DNA from: an uncultured Sutterella sp.
GTDB lineage: Bacteria > Pseudomonadota > Gammaproteobacteria > Burkholderiales > Burkholderiaceae_F
Direction of reading: 5' to 3'
DNA length: 64,000 nt
Assembly: GCA_900542805.1 (NCBI GenBank)
Contig: UQOW01000007.1
Location: forward strand, 10,771 to 74,770
Shown: piece after piece, positions 24,363 to 33,675 of the stretch
Numbering within the stretch: position 1 is the stretch's first letter
Layout: each line of letters starts with the position of its first letter
Notes under the pieces: model-generated
Told to the model about the DNA's origin: nothing
Databases searched by the model: none
The model's input: only the letters and a program-made list of their open reading frames with translations
Made by a program: the position numbers and the translations under genes

Positions 24363-24633
24363 GGTAAAAATACCCTCGGTAAATCGCTAATTAATCCGAA
24401 ACGGATGCTTCGGAAACAGAGTAGGCGGGAACGATAGCACGGTCTGGCTTTAAGGTACTACTCGCGGAGCGGTTTGTTTTTTTTCGACCGGATAACGAAG
24501 AAAGAATAGGACGCACCGAAACGGTGCATACGCGCAGTCTCGGTGCGTTGCAGCGGCTTGCGTGAGCCGTTGTTGCATCATTGTCTCAGCAATTTATCGT
24601 AAAAAAGCGCTGAAAACCTCGGATTTATTGAGC

Positions 24634-24650
24634 TGGCACGAAAATTGCTT
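24634..24650 (+). promoter_or_regulatory. sigma-54 (RpoN) -24/-12 promoter upstream of the TAXI-TRAP operon
   Basis: cTGGCACGaaaaTTGCTt is a perfect match to TGGCACG-N4-TTGCW, about 70 nt upstream of the TAXI gene start. Confidence 0.65.
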
Positions 24651-24720
24651 TATAAGAAGGTAAGGGCATTACCAAATGCCTCATACGAAAATCCAAAAGG
24701 TATTTAGTCGGAGAAAAAGC

Positions 24721-25686
24721 ATGTTTAAGAAACTTCTTCCTTTCGTTATGGCCGGTGCTCTGGCCTTAGGCGGTGTTGCGATGGCCAAGGATACGTTCGT
24801 GACTATCGGTACGGGTGGTATCACGGGTGTTTATTACGCTACGGGCGGCGCCTTAGCCAAGATCGTTAACGCCAAGCGCTCGACCTATCACGTCCGCGCC
24901 AGTGTGGAAAGCACGGGCGGTAGCAAGTTCAACATCAATGCGGTTTCCACAGGTGATTTGGACTTCGGTATTGCTCAGGCCGATACGCAGTACATGGCTT
25001 ACTTCGGAAAGGATGTTTGGGAAGGTAAACCCGTTAAGAAGTTGCGTGCAGTTTTTGCCTTGGCTCCGGAAGCCGTGACTTTCGTTGCCGCCGAAGATAG
25101 CGGTATTCGTTCCATTAATGATGTCAAAGGCAAGATTATTAATCTCGGTGATGCCGGATCGGGTAACCGCATCAATGCCATGGATATTTTCAAGAATTTC
25201 GGCATTGTTCCGGGCAAGGATTTCCGTGACGAGAAGTTAAAGCCGGCGGATGCGCCGCGTGTTTTGCAGGACGGTCGTATCGACGGGTTCTTCTACACGG
25301 TCGGTCATCCGAACGGCAACATCAAGGAAGCAACGGCCGGAAAGCGTGTCTGCCGCATTGTCCCGATTACAGGTTTGGATAAACTCTTAAAGGGTGCGCC
25401 GTATTACTCGATGACGACGATTGATATGAGTCAATACCCCGATGCGGCTAACAGTAAAGACAAGGTCGAGACGCTCGGCATGCTTGCCACGCTTGTGACA
25501 TCCTCGGATGTTCCCGATGATGTAGTCTATGCCGTCACCAAGGAAGTGATGGAAAACCTCGATAAGCTCAGAAAGTTGCATCCGGCGCTGGAGAGCATCA
25601 CCGTAAAGAGCATGCTCGAAGGGCTTTCGGCTCCGATTCATAACGGTGCCATGCGCTACTACAAAGAAGTCGGTTTGATTAAGTAA
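24721..25686 (+). CDS. TRAP transporter solute receptor, TAXI family
   Basis: Signal peptide MFKKLLPFVMAGALALGGVAMA followed by KDTFVTIGTGGITGVYYATGGALAKIVN, the TAXI hallmark. Confidence 0.85.
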   Translation: MFKKLLPFVMAGALALGGVAMAKDTFVTIGTGGITGVYYATGGALAKIVNAKRSTYHVRASVESTGGSKFNINAVSTGDLDFGIAQADTQYMAYFGKDVWEGKPVKKLRAVFALAPEAVTFVAAEDSGIRSINDVKGKIINLGDAGSGNRINAMDIFKNFGIVPGKDFRDEKLKPADAPRVLQDGRIDGFFYTVGHPNGNIKEATAGKRVCRIVPITGLDKLLKGAPYYSMTTIDMSQYPDAANSKDKVETLGMLATLVTSSDVPDDVVYAVTKEVMENLDKLRKLHPALESITVKSMLEGLSAPIHNGAMRYYKEVGLIK

Positions 25687-25707
25687 GTTCTGTTTTTAAT
25701 TAAAGTC

Positions 25708-25737
25708 AATCAATGGGCCGTTCCCGATCCTTCGGGA
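25708..25737 (+). other. intercistronic RNA stem-loop between the receptor and permease genes
   Basis: GGGCCGTTCCCGA-TCCT-TCGGGAATGGCCC forms a 13-bp stem with one G·U. Confidence 0.55.
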
Positions 25738-25793
25738 ATGGCCCGTACATATCAAGAAAAAAGCAAGAAGCGCCAAGTCAATAGGATTGAGAA

Positions 25794-27908
25794 ATGAGCG
25801 ACACAGAAAAAATCGTATTGCCCGACGCGGGCCCAAAAAAGAAAAAAGACGATGACATCATCGGAGAATATCGGCAGGAGGTCACCGAAGGCGATCATGG
25901 TCTGGAAGGGGACAAGTCGGGCATTTCGACGGCTATTACGTTTATCGTGGCGTTATCCTGGTCGCTTTTCCAAATGTCCACGGCCAGTTGGCTTTTGCTC
26001 GATTCCTTGTACGTCAAAGCTTTCCACTTGGCTTTTGCTATGGCCCTGGTGTTTTTGAACATTCCGGCCATTAAAGGCGCCAAGCGCTACCGTTGGGACT
26101 TGCGCATCCTTCTGGCGATGAACCGCGTGACGCTTTTTGACTGGGCCGTGGGCCTAGTTGCCGTCGCAGCCGCTTTGTACGTCTTCTTCGATTACGAAGG
26201 CATTGCCGACAGAGCCGGGCAACCCAATGCGCGCGATATCGTCATCGGTTTGATTTTGCTCGTGACGCTTCTGGAAGCCACACGGCGCGTTTCGGGACCT
26301 GCGCTTCCGATTATCAGTCTCTTATTTGTCGCGTATGTCTTCTTCGGACCGTATCTGCCGGATCTATTTGCCTTTAAGGGTGTAAGCCTCTCGCGTTTTA
26401 TCTCGCAGATTACGATGGATACACAGGGCATTTACGGTGTTCCGCTGCATGTGTCGGCAACGGTCGTGTTCCTCTTCGTGCTTTTCGGAACGATGCTTGA
26501 CCGGGCCGGCGGCGGGTCGTTCTTTACACGTATTGCCGTTTCCGGACTCGGACAGTACCGAGGCGGTGCGGCAAAAGCAGCCGTTGCCGGGTCGGCTCTT
26601 TCCGGCATGGTTTCCGGTTCCTCCATTGCCAATGTCGTGACGACCGGTACCTTCACGATTCCGCTCATGAAGCGCATCGGGTACACGGGAACCAAGGCAG
26701 CGGCCATTGAAGTGGCTTCGTCAGTTAACGGACAACTTGCGCCTCCCGTAATGGGTGCGGCAGCCTTCATTATTGCCGAGTACGTTAACGTGCCGTACGT
26801 GGAAGTAGCCAAAGCCGCTGCGATTCCGGCGTTTGCCGCCTACATGGGTTTAATTTGGATTACGCATATCGAGGCCTGCAAGCTCGGACTTAAGGGTCTG
26901 CCGAAAAACGAACTGCCGCATTTTTGGGTTGAGATGAAAAAGGGAATGCACTTTTTGCTCCCTCTTCTCATGCTCCTTTACGAATTGATTTTCTTGCAAC
27001 ACTCGGCCGAACTCAGTGTCCTTCGCGCCATCCTCGTTTTGGGCGTCATCATGCTCTTGCAGCCGGTTGCCGTGGCGCGTGTGCGCGGCACACCCTTGTT
27101 GCCGGCACTTCGGACCGGGTTTAAGACACTAGTTGACTCGTTAGCGGCCGGTGCCAATAACATGGCCGGTGTGGCTCTTGCCACGGCCTCGGCAGGCATC
27201 ATTGTCGGGTGCGTCTCCATGGGTTTGGGGCAACAAATCACAAGCCTCGTGGAAGTGCTCTCGATGGGCAACATCTTCCTACTGATTTTAATTACGGCGC
27301 TCGCCAGTCTTTTGCTCGGCATGGGATTGCCGACGACGGCAAACTACATCATCATGGCCTCTTTGACGGCTCCGGTTCTTGTAGATCTGGCAACCGGCAT
27401 GAACGTTCACGGTGTGGATATTGCGATTACGCTGATGGGGGCGCATCTGTTTTGCCTGTATTTCGGCGTGATGGCCGATGCGACGCCGCCTGTGGGCTTG
27501 GCGGCGTATGCCGGCGCGGCCATTGCCCGTGTCGAACCGATTCGGGTCGGCTGGCAGGCGTTTATCTACGATATCCGTACCTTCATCATCCCGGTGGTGT
27601 TCCTATTTAATGCAGACTTGCTCTTAGACGGCATTGATAGTTGGATGGTCGGATTCTTTCTGTTTGCTATGACCAGTTTGGGAATGATGTCTCTGAGTAG
27701 CGCGTTCGAGGGCTGGTTCATTCGGGAGATGAACCTAGTCGAGCGCAGCATTTTGCTTTGTGCTTCGGCTGTGCTGATGTTCCCGTTCCTCGTGACGGGT
27801 GCGTTCTTGCCCTATGAGATGCGGTGGTGGGGTTATACGGTCGGTTTAGCTCTCCTCGGTCTCGTGTACCTGTGGCAACGCCTGCGGTATCATGAAACAC
27901 TCTTTTAA
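25794..27908 (+). CDS. TRAP transporter fused 4TM/12TM permease (TAXI-associated)
   Basis: 704 aa polytopic protein with a DctM-like core, immediately downstream of the TAXI receptor. Confidence 0.8.
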   Translation: MSDTEKIVLPDAGPKKKKDDDIIGEYRQEVTEGDHGLEGDKSGISTAITFIVALSWSLFQMSTASWLLLDSLYVKAFHLAFAMALVFLNIPAIKGAKRYRWDLRILLAMNRVTLFDWAVGLVAVAAALYVFFDYEGIADRAGQPNARDIVIGLILLVTLLEATRRVSGPALPIISLLFVAYVFFGPYLPDLFAFKGVSLSRFISQITMDTQGIYGVPLHVSATVVFLFVLFGTMLDRAGGGSFFTRIAVSGLGQYRGGAAKAAVAGSALSGMVSGSSIANVVTTGTFTIPLMKRIGYTGTKAAAIEVASSVNGQLAPPVMGAAAFIIAEYVNVPYVEVAKAAAIPAFAAYMGLIWITHIEACKLGLKGLPKNELPHFWVEMKKGMHFLLPLLMLLYELIFLQHSAELSVLRAILVLGVIMLLQPVAVARVRGTPLLPALRTGFKTLVDSLAAGANNMAGVALATASAGIIVGCVSMGLGQQITSLVEVLSMGNIFLLILITALASLLLGMGLPTTANYIIMASLTAPVLVDLATGMNVHGVDIAITLMGAHLFCLYFGVMADATPPVGLAAYAGAAIARVEPIRVGWQAFIYDIRTFIIPVVFLFNADLLLDGIDSWMVGFFLFAMTSLGMMSLSSAFEGWFIREMNLVERSILLCASAVLMFPFLVTGAFLPYEMRWWGYTVGLALLGLVYLWQRLRYHETLF

Positions 27909-28093
27909 TTGATTCTGTTTCCCATTGTCGACACGCCCGAGAAATCGGGCGTGTTGCGTATCGGATGAGACGATCCGTTTCCTGACTTCTCGGTTTTCGT
28001 CAAGTCTGAAAGCGAGTTCCTGTGAAATCCATCGGATACAAGAATTTGCGCCTCCTGTTTAGGGAGGCTCAAGGGAATTCGGACGTAAAAACT

Positions 28094-29545
28094 CTACTTT
28101 TTATCCGGTGTGGTTTGCGACGTCTTTTTGGCTTTCTTCGCGGCAAGGACATCGGCGTGTGTGGTCACGGGTTTCCCGACTAAAAAGTTCACGGCCTGCG
28201 TGAGAGGAAAATCGCTCTTGTCGCCGAACGTGTAACGTAAGGACGGCATCATTTCGTTTTCTTCCTCTTTCAGAGCATCTTTTTCGGAGGATTTTGTCTC
28301 TGAAGTTTCCGCGTCAATGTGTCCGGAAAGATCGGCCTCGCGAATCGCAAAGGACGGGTAGTTTCCCTCCGGTGTGTCGTCAACGAGGATGTCAGGCGTG
28401 ATGCCCCGGGCTTGAATCGAGCGCCCGAGCGGCGTGTAGTAGCGCGCCGTAGTCATCTTAAGTCCGAGCGTTTCTCCGGTTTTGATAGGAAGCGGAATAA
28501 TCGTTTGGACGCTTCCCTTTCCGAAGGTGCGTGTTCCCATCAATGTGGCACGCTTGTGGTCCTGTAAGGCGCCCGAGACAATTTCGGAAGCCGAAGCCGA
28601 GGCACCGTTCACGAGAACCACAATCGGCACGGTTTTGATGAGGAGAGGAAGCCCCTTTAACACGTCGGAAGTATCGTCGCCTACGGCATAGTCTTGATAG
28701 GAGGCTTTGAAGACGCGCTCGGAGGCTTTGTCGCGTCCCTTGGTTGAGACCACGGGAACTCCGTCTTTTAAAAAGGCGGCGGAAACACCGACTGCGGCAT
28801 TCAGTAGACCTCCCGGATTGTTGCGCAAATCGAGCACCAGGCCTTTTAAGTCTTTATCACGCGACAATTGCGTCAAGGCCTTTGCGACGTCAGCCGTGGT
28901 TTTTCCCTGAAACTGCGAGATACGGATGTACCCGACATGATGGTCAAGGGCTTTGGACTTGACCGACTGAATCTTGATAATGGCCCGTACCAGGTGAATG
29001 ACTACGGGTTTGATCTCCCCTTTGCGAGCAATCGTCAGCGTGATGGGGGTGCCGGGTTTACCGCGCATCAGCTTGACGTTTTCATCGAGTGAGCGGTCGG
29101 CACTGACTTTGTCATCGATTTTGATGATGATATCTCCGGCACGCACACCCGCACGGGCCGCCGGGGTGTCGTCGATGGGACTGACGACGCGAACGCCTTG
29201 GACGTCTTTGGTTATTTCGATACCCAGACCGCCGAACTCACCGGCCGTGCTTTCCTGCAGGTCTTTGTAGCCCTTCGCATCTAAAAACGAAGAGTGCGGG
29301 TCAAGCCCGGATACCATGCCTTTAATGGCGTTTTCGATGAGTTTTTTGTCGCTCACTTCATCAACGTAATAATTCTTGATACCGCCGAAAATCTCCGCAA
29401 ACAAGCGAACGTCATCGACCGGAAGCGGCGGTTCCTTTACGGAGGCCGAACATACAAGAGGCAATGCCAAGAGCGTCAGAATGACGGCGGGACGAGGTAC
29501 AAGCGTCATGATTTCTTTCAGTGAGTTAATTAATGCGCTAGCCAT
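28094..29545 (-). CDS. ctpA: carboxy-terminal processing protease (S41 family, Prc/CtpA)
   Basis: Signal peptide, a PDZ region, then GLVLDLRNNPGGLL and the S41 catalytic region. Confidence 0.85.
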   Translation of the reverse strand: MASALINSLKEIMTLVPRPAVILTLLALPLVCSASVKEPPLPVDDVRLFAEIFGGIKNYYVDEVSDKKLIENAIKGMVSGLDPHSSFLDAKGYKDLQESTAGEFGGLGIEITKDVQGVRVVSPIDDTPAARAGVRAGDIIIKIDDKVSADRSLDENVKLMRGKPGTPITLTIARKGEIKPVVIHLVRAIIKIQSVKSKALDHHVGYIRISQFQGKTTADVAKALTQLSRDKDLKGLVLDLRNNPGGLLNAAVGVSAAFLKDGVPVVSTKGRDKASERVFKASYQDYAVGDDTSDVLKGLPLLIKTVPIVVLVNGASASASEIVSGALQDHKRATLMGTRTFGKGSVQTIIPLPIKTGETLGLKMTTARYYTPLGRSIQARGITPDILVDDTPEGNYPSFAIREADLSGHIDAETSETKSSEKDALKEEENEMMPSLRYTFGDKSDFPLTQAVNFLVGKPVTTHADVLAAKKAKKTSQTTPDKK

Positions 29546-31011
29546 TTGTCCGGGTCAAAGGGTTTTCCTTTGTAGCGCAATTCAAAGTATAAGCCCGGGT
29601 GCTCCTCACCCCCGGAGTTACCGACGCCGGCAATTGTTTCGCCTTGTCGAACCGAATCGCCGACGGATTTGAAAAGCGATTCGTTGTTCGCATACACCGA
29701 CAGGTAATTCGATCCGTGATCGAGAATCATGAGGTTACCGAAACCGCGCATCCAATCGCTGAAAACCACCGTCCCCGGAGCTGTCGCTCGCACGGCAGCT
29801 CCCGTTTTGGCACGAATCAACAAACCGCGCCAGGGAAGCGAGGCAGCCGCTCCCTGACGGCTTTGACCGAAGGAGGCAACGACGGTTCCTTTCACAGGCA
29901 TCGTCAGGCGTCCTTTGAGCGCTCCGAAATTGCCCAGTGTCGGAGCGACGGCAATGCGTCCGGAATGATTCTGTTTGGTGCTCTTTGAGGCAATCGCGCG
30001 ACGCGATTGTTCCGAGGCGGCGCGTTTTCTTTCGGAAGCCGCTCGCTCGGCTTCTTTCTTTTGTGCCAGCGCAATTTGTTGGTCGATTTTCGCAATTAAG
30101 CCCGAGAGTTCTTTTTCGTTTTTCACTAAACGGTCGTAACGCTCTTTTTGAGTTTTGATTTCGCGGTTGAGGCGATCCAAGGCCGCCGAGCGTAAGGCCT
30201 TATCTTTTTCAAGTTCGGTGCGATTGCGTTTTTCATCAGCCTCGATGCGCACGAGTTCGGTGCGCGCGGCTTCGGTTTTTCGGGCCACGGCCTGAATGTT
30301 TCTTTGGCGATGTTCGAGGCGGTCAATCGTGCGATTTTGTTCTTGGGCCAAGTACGTTAAGACGGCCGAGCGTCTGGATAGTTCGTTGGGATTGCCTCCG
30401 ACGAGCGCCGTTTGCCAGGGGTGGCGCATGGAATTTAAGAATTGAGCCTGTCCGATGGAGCTGACGATTTCTTCGGCATCATTGACCTTCAATCCGACGA
30501 TGACCGCTTCGTTTTTTAGGTCGGCCAAGCGAGCCGTCGTCTCGTTTTTCTTTTCGGCCAATTCTTTGAGAGACCGGTTGCTGTGCGAAATGGCTTTTTC
30601 GCTTTCTTTTAACGCTTCTTCGGCCGACTGAGCTCTCGATTGCTTTTGCGCCAGGTCTTTTTGTAGGGATGTCAATTCCGTTCGGACCGAGCGCTGTTGC
30701 CGGACAAGGGAGCTCTTTTCTTGAGTTACCGACCGAGACGTCTTCGCCGGAGTTGCCGGAGACGTCGGCTTTTGAGCGACGGACGGTTTACTTTTCCGAG
30801 GTGCGGGTTTCGGTTTCGTCGCTGAGGACTTAGCCGGCTGTGTCGATTTGGCTTTTAAACGCGCTCGCGCCTTTGTCAGGGCTTCTTCTTTTCGCTTCTC
30901 AACGCTCTTTGAGGATTGTGCGGCATAGGCTTGCGGTACAAAAGAGCCTTCCTCGGTCAGAAGAAATGATGCGCAAAGAACGCTGACGAAAATGAACTGA
31001 GCCCGAAACAT
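29530..31011 (-). CDS. envC: murein hydrolase activator EnvC-like (coiled coil plus M23 peptidase/LytM domain)
   Basis: Signal peptide, about 300 aa of heptad-rich coiled coil, and a C-terminal M23 domain (…GFGNLMILDHGSNYLSVYANN…GNSGG…). Confidence 0.8.
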   Translation of the reverse strand: MFRAQFIFVSVLCASFLLTEEGSFVPQAYAAQSSKSVEKRKEEALTKARARLKAKSTQPAKSSATKPKPAPRKSKPSVAQKPTSPATPAKTSRSVTQEKSSLVRQQRSVRTELTSLQKDLAQKQSRAQSAEEALKESEKAISHSNRSLKELAEKKNETTARLADLKNEAVIVGLKVNDAEEIVSSIGQAQFLNSMRHPWQTALVGGNPNELSRRSAVLTYLAQEQNRTIDRLEHRQRNIQAVARKTEAARTELVRIEADEKRNRTELEKDKALRSAALDRLNREIKTQKERYDRLVKNEKELSGLIAKIDQQIALAQKKEAERAASERKRAASEQSRRAIASKSTKQNHSGRIAVAPTLGNFGALKGRLTMPVKGTVVASFGQSRQGAAASLPWRGLLIRAKTGAAVRATAPGTVVFSDWMRGFGNLMILDHGSNYLSVYANNESLFKSVGDSVRQGETIAGVGNSGGEEHPGLYFELRYKGKPFDPDKWLAH

Positions 31012-31106
31012 TGCCTTAGCAACCTAATTTGGACGCAGTGTACAGAAGCCGACTGCATTTTCAAGCAAGTCGGCTTCCCAAGAGAGCGAGTTAAACAAGC
31101 CCGAGA

Positions 31107-31856
31107 TTATTTTTTTGCCTTGCCCTGGGCGGCAACAGCAGCCATCGCGGCGGCAATTTCGTCGGCATTACCCAGGTAGTAGTGGCGAATCGGTTTCATC
31201 TCATCGTCAAATTCATAAACAAGAGGACGGCCTGTCGGGATGTTGAGCTTGACGATGGCTTCGTCACTCATGGCATCCAAGTGCTTGACAAGGGCGCGCA
31301 GCGAATTGCCGTGCGCGGCAATGATGACGCGCTTGCCGGCGGCAACTTGCGGCTTGATGGTGTTTTCCCAGTAGGGAACGACACGCGCGACGGTGTCTTT
31401 GAGGCATTCCGTAAGAGGAAGCTCCTCGGGCGTCAAATCGGCATAGCGCGGATCGTGTCCCGGCCAGCGCGGATCGTCCTTGGTAAGCGGGTTGGGGGGT
31501 GTGGCATAGGAACGGCGCCAAATCAGAACTTGTTCTTCGCCGAATTTTTCGGCCGTTTCCGCCTTATTTAAACCCTGCAACGCACCGTAGTGGCGTTCGT
31601 TTAAGCGCCAGTTGCGTGTGACGGGAATCCACATCTGATCGAGCCCGTCCATCACAATCCAAAGCGTGCGAATGGCGCGTTTTAAGACGCTTGTGAAGGC
31701 GACATCAAACGAGTAACCCTCGGCCTTTAACAGTTCGGCGGCTTTTTTTGCTTCCGCACGGCCTTTTTCCGTTAAATCGACATCGGTCCAGCCTGTGAAA
31801 CGGTTTTCCAGATTCCACTGGCTTTCTCCGTGCCGCATCAGTACGAGTTTATGCAT
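31107..31856 (-). CDS. gpmA: 2,3-bisphosphoglycerate-dependent phosphoglycerate mutase
   Basis: [32 protein letters not shown]… (RHG motif). Confidence 0.95.
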   Translation of the reverse strand: MHKLVLMRHGESQWNLENRFTGWTDVDLTEKGRAEAKKAAELLKAEGYSFDVAFTSVLKRAIRTLWIVMDGLDQMWIPVTRNWRLNERHYGALQGLNKAETAEKFGEEQVLIWRRSYATPPNPLTKDDPRWPGHDPRYADLTPEELPLTECLKDTVARVVPYWENTIKPQVAAGKRVIIAAHGNSLRALVKHLDAMSDEAIVKLNIPTGRPLVYEFDDEMKPIRHYYLGNADEIAAAMAAVAAQGKAKK

Positions 31857-31958
31857 CTTTTCTCTCCCAAAGAGGTTAGTTTTTATAGTTCGCCATTCTA
31901 TAATGTTGCGGTTGCCCTCACCAACCGGAGGGGGCGCTTTTTTGTCGGAACCAGAACT

Positions 31959-32363
31959 GTGAACGGTTTTCTCTTAAACAACATCCTCCTCATTGCCATC
32001 ATTTTCGTTTGCGTGTTCTCCTTAAGCTGGCCTTTAATCCAGCGCCGTCGCGGCGGGGCAGAACTTGACAGCACGTTGGCAATTGACCTTATTAACCACA
32101 AAAACGCCCAGATTGTCGACCTAAGGCAACCGGAAGATTTCAAGCGGGCGCACATTGCCAATGCCATCAATTTGCCGGCAACGTCTATCCAGAATTCACT
32201 CGGAAAACTCAGCCGTGAGCGTCCGATTCTTCTCGTGGATGCCGACGGTCGTCGCACGCAGATGGTGGCTCAACTTTTACGCGGAACGGGATTCAAAGGG
32301 GTTTACGTGCTGCAAGGAGGCTTGAATGCCTGGCGTAGCAGCGGAGTCCCGTTCACTCGCTAG
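31959..32363 (+). CDS. membrane-anchored rhodanese-domain protein (YibN-like)
   Basis: N-terminal TM helix and a rhodanese fold (…[21 protein letters not shown]…). GTG start is inferred. Precedes secB as in E. coli yibN-grxC-secB. Confidence 0.65.
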   Translation: MNGFLLNNILLIAIIFVCVFSLSWPLIQRRRGGAELDSTLAIDLINHKNAQIVDLRQPEDFKRAHIANAINLPATSIQNSLGKLSRERPILLVDADGRRTQMVAQLLRGTGFKGVYVLQGGLNAWRSSGVPFTR

Positions 32364-32391
32364 TTCACAACTGATTTTTAAGGAATTTATC

Positions 32392-32907
32392 ATGGCAGAA
32401 GAAAACACAACGACGCCGGAACAGGAAAAAGAAGCGACCGAACAGGCCGAGCCGAGCTTCCAGATGGTTCGCGCCTTTTTAAAGGACGCTTCTTTGGAGA
32501 TGCCGCATGCTCCGGATATCTTTTTTGAAGACCATGACGAGCAACCGACGGTGGACTTTAAGTTCGGCGTTGCTGCTCGTCCTTTGGCGCTAAAGGACCT
32601 TTACGAGGTTGTTCTTCGTGCCACGATTACCGTCGGTTTCAAAGAAAAGACGATGTTTCTTGTCGAAGGAAGCCAGTCCGGCGTTTTCGAACTGAAAAAC
32701 CTTCCGGAACAGGCGCTTGCCCATGCAACGAATGTGATTTGTCCGTCCGTGTTGCTTCCGTACTTGCGCGCGAACTTGGCCGATATCATCAATCGTACCG
32801 GATTGCCGACCGTCAATCTCCCGGAAGTGAATTTCGAAGCCCTCTTGCAGCAACGCATCGCCGAGGCCAAGGCCGCTCAAGAAAAGCAACAGCAGGCTCA
32901 GGCTTGA
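32392..32907 (+). CDS. secB: protein-export chaperone SecB
   Basis: MAEENTTTPEQEK…FQMVRAFLKDASLEMPHAP…VVLRATITVGF…. Confidence 0.85.
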   Translation: MAEENTTTPEQEKEATEQAEPSFQMVRAFLKDASLEMPHAPDIFFEDHDEQPTVDFKFGVAARPLALKDLYEVVLRATITVGFKEKTMFLVEGSQSGVFELKNLPEQALAHATNVICPSVLLPYLRANLADIINRTGLPTVNLPEVNFEALLQQRIAEAKAAQEKQQQAQA

Positions 32908-32950
32908 TTTTTAGCTAGTGGCCGAGCTCGAAAATCAAAAGGGAACGAGT

Positions 32951-33604
32951 ATGGAAAATATAATCCGTATTGCGTTGGTGGACGATCACACATTGTTTCG
33001 TAGCGGTTTGAAGGCGCTTTTGAGCCGTCAGGCTGATTTTGAGATTGTCGGAGAGGCTTCCGACGGACTCGAAGGCGTCAAACTCGTTGAGCAAGTTAAG
33101 CCTGATTTGGTGTTGCTTGATTTGGATATGCCCGTGATGAACGGACGCGAAGCGCTCGCTCAGATTATGGAAACGAATCCGGACGTCACGGTTCTGATGC
33201 TCACGGTGAGCGAAGACGGCGAGGATTTAACCGAATGCATGCGACTCGGGGCAAGCGGGTATCTACTGAAAAAGATTGATGCGGATTTTCTCTTGCAGAG
33301 CATTCGCCGAGCCGTTGCCGGGGATAATGTGATTTCTCCGGAAATGACAAGTGCCCTTTTGATGCGGCTTCGCACGGATAAACTGACGCCGCCGGCACCC
33401 GGAATCGAATCGCTCACACCGCGTGAGCGTGAGACGCTTGCCTGGCTCACTCGCGGCGTTTCCAACAAGGAAATTGCTCGAGAGCTCGATCTGGCCGAAT
33501 CGACCGTGAAGGTTCACGTGCAAAGCGTCTTACGGAAACTTAACATCCGAAGCCGTGTTCAGGCGGCTGTTTTTGCCGTCGAGCACCACTTAGATAAGAT
33601 TTAA
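32951..33604 (+). CDS. NarL/FixJ-family two-component response regulator (REC plus LuxR-type HTH), no adjacent sensor kinase
   Basis: IRIALVDDHTLFRSGLKALL…DLDMP…GASGYLLK, then LTPRERETLAWLTRGVSNKEIARELDLAESTVKVHV. Confidence 0.85.
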   Translation: MENIIRIALVDDHTLFRSGLKALLSRQADFEIVGEASDGLEGVKLVEQVKPDLVLLDLDMPVMNGREALAQIMETNPDVTVLMLTVSEDGEDLTECMRLGASGYLLKKIDADFLLQSIRRAVAGDNVISPEMTSALLMRLRTDKLTPPAPGIESLTPRERETLAWLTRGVSNKEIARELDLAESTVKVHVQSVLRKLNIRSRVQAAVFAVEHHLDKI

Positions 33605-33620
33605 CTCGGATACGCTCAAA

Positions 33621-33654
33621 CGCAAAGAGGCGCAGTCGAATGCGCCTCTTTGCG
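33621..33654. terminator. bidirectional hairpin terminator between the convergent response-regulator and transporter genes
   Basis: CGCAAAGAGGCGCA-GTCGAA-TGCGCCTCTTTGCG is a perfect 14-bp stem. Confidence 0.6.
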
Positions 33655-33675
33655 TATTCGGAAGTCAAAGGCGAG

